Shown here in pieces: positions 55,612 through 64,000 of a DNA stretch of 64,000 nucleotides. How positions within the stretch are numbered: the stretch's first letter is position 1; each line of letters begins with the position of its first letter. Position numbers and translations under genes: made by a program. The notes under the pieces were generated by a model that had not been told where the DNA came from, ran no database searches, and was given only the letters and a program-made list of their open reading frames with translations. The stretch lies in NCBI GenBank assembly GCA_964057225.1, contig OZ059898.1:9734001-9798000 (forward strand), in the 5' to 3' direction. The stretch is from Auanema rhodensis (taxonomy: Eukaryota > Animalia > Nematoda).

Positions 55612-56189
55612 TTCGAAAATGTTAGATTGTTTCCGAAAAATTATGAAAAGTCAAGTTCTACTGATTTGAAGAGAATTGTAAGTTTTAGAAAAGAATTAAA
55701 GTTCAGCTATCTCTACTATTAACTGATTATCGGCTAAAATAAGGTAACAGTTTTTATTGAAAGTTTCCATGATTAAGATTAAACAAAGAAAAAGAATCAA
55801 AGAGAAACACTTCTTGTTTACTTATTTGATTATAATACTTGAAATTCCAAAAACAGTAGAATAAAATAGAGAAAGCGACGAAAAAAGTTGAACGATTTGA
55901 AGAGAATTGTAAGTTTTAGAGAAGAATTAAAGTTCAGCTATCTCTACTATTAACTGATTGTCGGCTAAAATAAGGTAACAGTTTTTATTGAAAGTTTCCA
56001 TGATTAAGATTAAACAAAGAAAAAAATCAAAGAGAAACACTTCTTGTTTACTTACTTGATTATAATACTTGAAATTCCGAAAACAGTAGAATAAAATCAA
56101 GAAAGCGACAAAAACAGTTGAACGATTAGAAGACGATTGTAAGTTTTAGAAAATAATAAAAGTTTAGCTATCTCTACTATTAACTGATT

Positions 56190-56317
56190 ATCAGCTAAAA
56201 TAAGGTAACAGTTTTTATTAAAGCGAGTAAAACTGTTGAACGATTTGAAGACAATCGGCTAAAATAAGGTAACAGTTTTTATTAAAGCGAGTAAAACTGT
56301 TGAACGATTTGAAGAAA
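56190..56317. repeat. 64-bp tandem duplication formed from an internally deleted monomer
   Basis: ATC(A/G)GCTAAAATAAGGTAACAGTTTTTATTAAAGCGAGTAAAACTGTTGAACGATTTGAAGA(C/A)A occurs twice in tandem. Confidence 0.88.
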
Positions 56318-56819
56318 ATTGTAAGTTCTAGAAAATAATTAAAAATAAGTTCTCTCTACTATTAACTGATTGTCGGCTAAATTATGGTAACAGTTTTTAT
56401 GAAAAGTTTCCATGATTAGGATTAAACAAAGAAAAAAGAATCAAAGAGAAACACTTCTTGTTTACTTATTTGATTATAATACTTGAAATTCCGAAAACAG
56501 TAGAATAAAATGAAGAAAGCGACAAAAACAGTTGAACGATTTGAAGACAATTGTAAGTTGAAGAAAAAAATTAAAGTTTAGCTCTCTCTACTATTTAATG
56601 ATTGTCGGCTAGAATATGGTAACAGTTTTTATTAAAAGTTTCCATGTTTAAGATTGAACAAAGAAAAAAAAATCCAAGAGAAACACTTCTTGTTTACTAA
56701 TTTGATTATAACACTTGAAAATCCAACAAAAGTAAAATAAAACTGTAAAAGCAAGTAAAACTGTTGAAATAAAACAGTTTTTATTAAATATAAATGATAT
56801 TTTTTTATAAAAATGAAGT

Positions 56820-56890
56820 TGCATCGGCCGGGAATCGAACCCGGGTCGCCCGCGTGGCAGGCGAGCATTCTACCACTGATCCACCGATGC
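56820..56890 (-). tRNA. trnG: tRNA-Gly(GCC), U11A variant with diverged 3' flank
   Basis: ccactgaTccacc; T5 rather than T4 downstream. Confidence 0.88.
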
Positions 56891-58147
56891 TTCGAAAATG
56901 TTAGATTGTTTCCGAAAAATTATGAAAAGTCAAGTTCTACTGATTTGAAGAGAATTGTAAGTTTTAGAAAAGAATTAAAGTTCAGCTATCTCTACTATTA
57001 ACTGATTATCGGCTAAAATAAGGTAACAGTTTTTATTGAAAGTTTCCATGATTAAGATTAAACAAAGAAAAAGAATCAAAGAGAAACACTTCTTGTTTAC
57101 TTATTTGATTATAATACTTGAAATTCCAAAAACAGTAGAATAAAATAGAGAAAGCGACGAAAAAAGTTGAACGATTTGAAGAGAATTGTAAGTTTTAGAG
57201 AAGAATTAAAGTTCAGCTATCTCTACTATTAACTGATTGTCGGCTAAAATAAGGTAACAGTTTTTATTGAAAGTTTCCATGATTAAGATTAAACAAAGAA
57301 AAAAATCAAAGAGAAACACTTCTTGTTTACTTACTTGATTATAATACTTGAAATTCCAAAAACAGTAAAATAAAATTGAAAAAGCGACAAAAACAGTTGA
57401 ACGATTTGAAGACAATTGTAAGTTGAAGAATAAAATTAAAGTTTAGCTCTCTCTACTATTAACTGAATGTCGGCTAAAATATGGTAACAGTTTTTATTAA
57501 AAGTTTCCATGATTAAGATTAAACAAAGAAAAAAAATCAAAGAGAAACACTTCTTGTTTACTTATTTGATTATAATACTTGAAATTCCAAAAACAGTAGA
57601 ATAAAATAGAGAAAGAGACGAAAAAAGTTGAACGATTTGAAGAGAATTGTAAGTTTTAGAGAAGAATTAAAGTTTAGCTTTGTCTACTATTTAATGATTA
57701 TCGGCTGAAATATGGTGACAGTTTTTTTTTAAAAGTTTCCATGATTAAGATTAATCAAAGAAAAAAAAATCAAAGAGAAACACTTCTTGTTTACTAATTT
57801 GATTATAACACTTGAAATTCCAACAAAAGTAAAGTAAAACTGTTAAAGCGAGTAAAACTGTTGAACAATTTGAAGACAATTGTAAGTTGAAGAATAAAAT
57901 TAAAGTTTAGCTCTCTCTACTATTAACTGAATGTCGGCTAAAATATGGTAACAGTTTTTATTAAAAGTTTCCATGATTAAGATTAAACAAAGAAAAAAAA
58001 TCAAAGAGAAACACTCCTTGTTTACTAATTTGATTATAACACTTGAAATTCCAACAAAAGTAAAATAAAACTGTGAAAGCGGGTAAAACTGTTGAACTAA
58101 AACAGTCTTTATAAAATATAAATGATATTTTTTTATAAAAGTGAAGT

Positions 58148-58218
58148 TGCATCGGCCGGGAATCGAACCCGGGTCGCCCGCGTGGCAGGCGAGCATTCTA
58201 CCACTGAACCACCGATGC
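58148..58218 (-). tRNA. trnG: tRNA-Gly(GCC)
   Basis: Identical to consensus. Confidence 0.97.
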
Positions 58219-59240
58219 TTCGAAAATGTTAGATTGTTTCCGAAAAATTATGAAAAGTCAAGTTCTACTGATTTGAAGAAAATTGTAAGTTTTAGAAAAT
58301 AATTAAAAATAAGTTCTCTCTACTATTAACTGATTGTCGGCTAAAATATGGTAACAGTTTTTATAAAAAGTTTCCATGATTAGGATTAAACAAAAAAAAG
58401 AATTAAAGAGAAACACTTTTTGTTTACTTATTTGATTATAATACTTGAAATTCCAAAAACAGTAGAATAAAATTGAGAAATCGACAAAAACAGTTGAACG
58501 ATTTGAAGAGAATTGTAAGTTTTAGAAAAGAATTAAAGTTCAGCTATCTCTACTATTAACTGACTATCGGCTAGAATAAGGTAACAGTTTTTATTGAAAG
58601 TTTCCATGATTAAGATTAAACAAAAAAAAAATCAGAGAGAAACACTTCTTGTTTACTTACTTGATTATAATACTTGAAATTCCAAAAACAGTAAAATAAA
58701 ATTGAGAAAGCGACAAAAACAGTTGAACGATTTGAAGACAATTGTAAGTTTAAGAAAAGAATTAAAGTTTAGCTTTGTCTACTATTAACTGATTATCGGC
58801 TGAAATATGGTGACAGTTTTTTTTTAAAAGTTTTCATGATTAGGATTAAACAAAAAAAAGAATCAAAAAGAAACACTTCTTGTTTACTTATTTGATTATA
58901 ACACTTGAAATTCCAACAAAAGTAAAGTAAAACTGTTAAAGCGAGTAAAACTGTTGAACGATTTGAAGACAATTGTAAGTTGAAGAAAAAAATTAAAGTT
59001 TAGCTCTCTCTACTATTAACTGAATGTCGGCTAAAATATGGTAACAGTTTTTATTAAAAGTTTCCATGATTAAGATTAAACAAAGAAAAAAAATCAAAGA
59101 GAAACACTCCTTGTTTACTAATTTGATTATAACACTTGAAATTCCAACAAAAGTAAAATAAAACTGTGAAAGCGGGTAAAACTGTTGAACTAAAACAGTC
59201 TTTATAAAATATAAATGATATTTTTTTATAAAAGTGAAGT

Positions 59241-59311
59241 TGCATCGGCCGGGAATCGAACCCGGGTCGCCCGCGTGGCAGGCGAGCATTCTACCACTGA
59301 ACCACCGATGC
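59241..59311 (-). tRNA. trnG: tRNA-Gly(GCC)
   Basis: Identical to consensus. Confidence 0.97.
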
Positions 59312-60580
59312 TTCGAAAATGTTAGATTGTTTCCGAAAAATTATGAAAAGTCAAGTTCTACTGATTTGAAGAGAATTGTAAGTTTTAGAAAAGAATTAAA
59401 GTTCAGCTATCTCTACTATTAACTGATTATCGGCTAAAATAAGGTAACAGTTTTTATTGAAAGTTTCCATGATTAAGATTAAACAAAGAAAAAGAATCAA
59501 AGAGAAACACTTCTTGTTTACTTATTTGATTATAATACTTGAAATTCCAAAAACAGTAGAATAAAATAGAGAAAGCGACGAAAAAAGTTGAACAATTTGA
59601 AGAGAATTGTAAGTTTTAGAGAAGAATTAAAGTTCAGCTATCTCTACTATTAACTGATTGTCGGCTAAAATAAGGTAACAGTTTTTATTGAAAGTTTCCA
59701 TGATTAAGATTAAACAAAGAAAAAAATCAAAGAGAAACACTTCTTGTTTACTTACTTGATTATAATACTTGAAATTCCAAAAACAGTAAAATAAAATTGA
59801 AAAAGCGACAAAAACAGTTGAACGATTTGAAGACAATTGTAAGTTGAAGAATAAAATTAAAGTTTAGCTCTCTCTACTATTAACTGAATGTCGGCTAAAA
59901 TATGGTAACAGTTTTTATTAAAAGTTTCCATGATTAAGATTAAACAAAGAAAAAAAATCAAAGAGAAACACTTCTTGTTTACTTATTTGATTATAATACT
60001 TGAAATTCCAAAAACAGTAGAATAAAATAGAGAAAGAGACGAAAAAAGTTGAACGATTTGAAGAGAATTGTAAGTTTTAGAAAAGAATTAAAGTTTAGCT
60101 TTGTCTACTATTTAATGATTATCGGCTGAAATATGGTGACAGTTTTTATTGAAAGTTCCATGATTAAGATTAAACAAAAAAAAAATCAGAGAGAAACACT
60201 TCTTGTTTATTTATTTGATTATAATACTTGAAATTCCAAGAACAGTAGAATAAAATAGAGAAAGCGACGAAAAAAGTTGAACGATTTGAAGAGAATTGTA
60301 AGTTTTAGAAAAGAATTACAGTTCAGCTATCTCTACTATTAACTGATTATCAGCTAAAATAAGGTAACAGTTTTTATTAAAAGTTTCCATGTTTAAGATT
60401 GAACAAAAAAAAAAAAATCCAAGAGAAACACTTCTTGTTTACTAATTTGATTATAATACTTGAAATTCCGAAAACAGTAGAATAAAATCAAGAAAGCGAC
60501 AAAAACAGTTGAACGATTAGAAGACGATTGTAAGTTTTAGAAAATAATAAAAGTTTAGCTATCTCTACTATTAACTGATT

Positions 60581-60708
60581 ATCAGCTAAAATAAGGTAAC
60601 AGTTTTTATTAAAGCGAGTAAAACTGTTGAACGATTTGAAGACAATCGGCTAAAATAAGGTAACAGTTTTTATTAAAGCGAGTAAAACTGTTGAACGATT
60701 TGAAGAAA
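60581..60708. repeat. Second occurrence of the 64-bp tandem duplication
   Basis: Same sequence as 56190-56317. Confidence 0.88.
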
Positions 60709-61210
60709 ATTGTAAGTTCTAGAAAATAATTAAAAATAAGTTCTCTCTACTATTAACTGATTGTCGGCTAAATTATGGTAACAGTTTTTATGAAAAGTTT
60801 CCATGATTAGGATTAAACAAAGAAAAAAGAATCAAAGAGAAACACTTCTTGTTTACTTATTTGATTATAATACTTGAAATTCCGAAAACAGTAGAATAAA
60901 ATGAAGAAAGCGACAAAAACAGTTGAACGATTTGAAGACAATTGTAAGTTGAAGAAAAAAATTAAAGTTTAGCTCTCTCTACTATTTAATGATTGTCGGC
61001 TAGAATATGGTAACAGTTTTTATTAAAAGTTTCCATGTTTAAGATTGAACAAAGAAAAAAAAATCCAAGAGAAACACTTCTTGTTTACTAATTTGATTAT
61101 AACACTTGAAAATCCAACAAAAGTAAAATAAAACTGTAAAAGCAAGTAAAACTGTTGAAATAAAACAGTTTTTATTAAATATAAATGATATTTTTTTATA
61201 AAAATGAAGT

Positions 61211-61281
61211 TGCATCGGCCGGGAATCGAACCCGGGTCGCCCGCGTGGCAGGCGAGCATTCTACCACTGATCCACCGATGC
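61211..61281 (-). tRNA. trnG: tRNA-Gly(GCC), U11A variant with diverged 3' flank
   Basis: Copy of the 56820 locus, 4391 bp downstream. Confidence 0.88.
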
Positions 61282-62538
61282 TTCGAAAATGTTAGATTGT
61301 TTCCGAAAAATTATGAAAAGTCAAGTTCTACTGATTTGAAGAGAATTGTAAGTTTTAGAAAAGAATTAAAGTTCAGCTATCTCTACTATTAACTGATTAT
61401 CGGCTAAAATAAGGTAACAGTTTTTATTGAAAGTTTCCATGATTAAGATTAAACAAAGAAAAAGAATCAAAGAGAAACACTTCTTGTTTACTTATTTGAT
61501 TATAATACTTGAAATTCCAAAAACAGTAGAATAAAATAGAGAAAGCGACGAAAAAAGTTGAACGATTTGAAGAGAATTGTAAGTTTTAGAGAAGAATTAA
61601 AGTTCAGCTATCTCTACTATTAACTGATTGTCGGCTAAAATAAGGTAACAGTTTTTATTGAAAGTTTCCATGATTAAGATTAAACAAAGAAAAAAATCAA
61701 AGAGAAACACTTCTTGTTTACTTACTTGATTATAATACTTGAAATTCCAAAAACAGTAAAATAAAATTGAAAAAGCGACAAAAACAGTTGAACGATTTGA
61801 AGACAATTGTAAGTTGAAGAATAAAATTAAAGTTTAGCTCTCTCTACTATTAACTGAATGTCGGCTAAAATATGGTAACAGTTTTTATTAAAAGTTTCCA
61901 TGATTAAGATTAAACAAAGAAAAAAAATCAAAGAGAAACACTTCTTGTTTACTTATTTGATTATAATACTTGAAATTCCAAAAACAGTAGAATAAAATAG
62001 AGAAAGAGACGAAAAAAGTTGAACGATTTGAAGAGAATTGTAAGTTTTAGAAAAGAATTAAAGTTTAGCTTTGTCTACTATTTAATGATTATCGGCTGAA
62101 ATATGGTGACAGTTTTTTTTTAAAAGTTTCCATGATTAAGATTAATCAAAGAAAAAAAAATCAAAGAGAAACACTTCTTGTTTACTAATTTGATTATAAC
62201 ACTTGAAATTCCAACAAAAGTAAAGTAAAACTGTTAAAGCGAGTAAAACTGTTGAACAATTTGAAGACAATTGTAAGTTGAAGAATAAAATTAAAGTTTA
62301 GCTCTCTCTACTATTAACTGAATGTCGGCTAAAATATGGTAACAGTTTTTATTAAAAGTTTCCATGATTAAGATTAAACAAAGAAAAAAAATCAAAGAGA
62401 AACACTCCTTGTTTACTAATTTGATTATAACACTTGAAATTCCAACAAAAGTAAAATAAAACTGTGAAAGCGGGTAAAACTGTTGAACTAAAACAGTCTT
62501 TATAAAATATAAATGATATTTTTTTATAAAAGTGAAGT

Positions 62539-62609
62539 TGCATCGGCCGGGAATCGAACCCGGGTTGCCCGCGTGGCAGGCGAGCATTCTACCACTGAAC
62601 CACCGATGC
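62539..62609 (-). tRNA. trnG: tRNA-Gly(GCC), G45A variable-loop variant
   Basis: cgggtTgccc at 62566; stems intact. Confidence 0.93.
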
Positions 62610-63631
62610 TTCGAAAATGTTAGATTGTTTCCGAAAAATTATGAAAAGTCAAGTTCTACTGATTTGAAGAAAATTGTAAGTTTTAGAAAATAATTAAAAA
62701 TAAGTTCTCTCTACTATTAACTGATTGTCGGCTAAAATATGGTAACAGTTTTTATAAAAAGTTTCCATGATTAGGATTAAACAAAAAAAAGAATTAAAGA
62801 GAAACACTTTTTGTTTACTTATTTGATTATAATACTTGAAATTCCAAAAACAGTAGAATAAAATTGAGAAATCGACAAAAACAGTTGAACGATTTGAAGA
62901 GAATTGTAAGTTTTAGAAAAGAATTAAAGTTCAGCTATCTCTACTATTAACTGACTATCGGCTAGAATAAGGTAACAGTTTTTATTGAAAGTTTCCATGA
63001 TTAAGATTAAACAAAAAAAAAATCAGAGAGAAACACTTCTTGTTTACTTAATTGATTATAATACTTGAAATTCCAAAAACAGTAAAATAAAATTGAGAAA
63101 GCGACAAAAACAGTTGAACGATTTGAAGACAATTGTAAGTTTAAGAAAAGAATTAAAGTTTAGCTTTGTCTACTATTAACTGATTATCGGCTGAAATATG
63201 GTGACAGTTTTTTTTTAAAAGTTTTCATGATTAGGATTAAACAAAAAAAAGAATCAAAAAGAAACACTTCTTGTTTACTTATTTGATTATAACACTTGAA
63301 ATTCCAACAAAAGTAAAGTAAAACTGTTAAAGCGAGTAAAACTGTTGAACGATTTGAAGACAATTGTAAGTTGAAGAAAAAAATTAAAGTTTAGCTCTCT
63401 CTACTATTAACTGAATGTCGGCTAAAATATGGTAACAGTTTTTATTAAAAGTTTCCATGATTAAGATTAAACAAAGAAAAAAAATCAAAGAGAAACACTC
63501 CTTGTTTACTAATTTGATTATAACACTTGAAATTCCAACAAAAGTAAAATAAAACTGTGAAAGCGGGTAAAACTGTTGAACTAAAACAGTCTTTATAAAA
63601 TATAAATGATATTTTTTTATAAAAGTGAAGT

Positions 63632-63702
63632 TGCATCGGCCGGGAATCGAACCCGGGTCGCCCGCGTGGCAGGCGAGCATTCTACCACTGAACCACCGAT
63701 GC
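63632..63702 (-). tRNA. trnG: tRNA-Gly(GCC)
   Basis: Identical to consensus. Confidence 0.97.
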
Positions 63703-64000
63703 TTCGAAAATGTTAGATTGTTTCCGAAAAATTATGAAAAGTCAAGTTCTACTGATTTGAAGAGAATTGTAAGTTTTAGAAAAGAATTAAAGTTCAGCTA
63801 TCTCTACTATTAACTGATTATCGGCTAAAATAAGGTAACAGTTTTTATTGAAAGTTTCCATGATTAAGATTAAACAAAGAAAAAGAATCAAAGAGAAACA
63901 CTTCTTGTTTACTTATTTGATTATAATACTTGAAATTCCAAAAACAGTAGAATAAAATAGAGAAAGCGACGAAAAAAGTTGAACAATTTGAAGAGAATTG

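Larger units (their letters stand above)
1..64000. repeat. AT-rich tandem satellite array, ~230-231 bp monomer, with interspersed tRNA-Gly cassettes; runs off both window ends
   Basis: Motifs such as TCTACTATTAACTGA, CGGCTAAAATA, AAACACTTCTTGTTTACT and GTTGAACGATTTGAAGA recur head-to-tail every 230-231 bp, or ~403 bp when the cassette is present. No unique sequence was seen. Confidence 0.98.
56057..64000. repeat. 4391-bp tandem duplication of diverged monomers (3 tRNAs per unit); second copy truncated by the window end
   Basis: 56820->61211, 58148->62539, 59241->63632 and the truncated-monomer landmark 56190->60581 are all offset by 4391. Confidence 0.88.

Noticed and set aside
342-63813. 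Dozens of 62-98 aa ORFs (MSSNRSTV..., MLACHAGDPGSIPGRC..., MQLHFYK..., MKLHRPGIEPG...) resembling a small hydrophobic peptide family
   Set aside because: They are translations of the T-rich satellite strand or of the tRNA itself (MLACHAGDPGSIPGRC is the tRNA-Gly sequence read in frame). They open and close with single-base A-tract length changes, so the reading frame is not conserved.
1-64000. CRISPR-like repeat/spacer array
   Set aside because: There are no unique spacers, the unit is 231 bp rather than ~60-75 bp, no cas genes are present, and the tRNA is eukaryotic nuclear type.
1-64000. Definite centromere or telomere assignment, or a CENP-B box
   Set aside because: No telomeric repeats or recognisable CENP-B box were seen. 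Centromere identity cannot be read from sequence alone, so it is kept only as a hypothesis.
1-64000. Amplification driven by demand for glycine-rich proteins (collagen, silk) or by tRNA-Gly-GCC 5' fragments
   Set aside because: Plausible, but nothing in the window supports it; it would need the species, codon usage and expression data.

Overview
The whole 64-kb window is one eukaryotic, very AT-rich tandem satellite array of about 245-250 monomers of ~230-231 bp (A-rich + strand). About one monomer in six carries the same 172-bp cassette at the same position (between GTTGAAC and GATTTGAAG). The cassette holds an intronless nuclear-type tRNA-Gly(GCC) gene on the minus strand, a 51-bp upstream flank and a T4 Pol III terminator. 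I count 41 tRNA loci, all co-oriented: 28 identical copies, 10 single-substitution variants and 3 pseudogenes with the same 25-bp deletion. Monomer variants are arranged in nested higher-order repeats (periods of 1067, 1325, 1733, 1964, 2194, 2478, 4391 and 5309/5310 bp), and the array is more diverged toward the right end. No credible protein-coding gene, transposase, rRNA or CRISPR array is present; the listed ORFs are artefacts of the repeat. The tRNA looks invertebrate-metazoan, but the species cannot be determined from this window. Coordinates and counts were read by eye.
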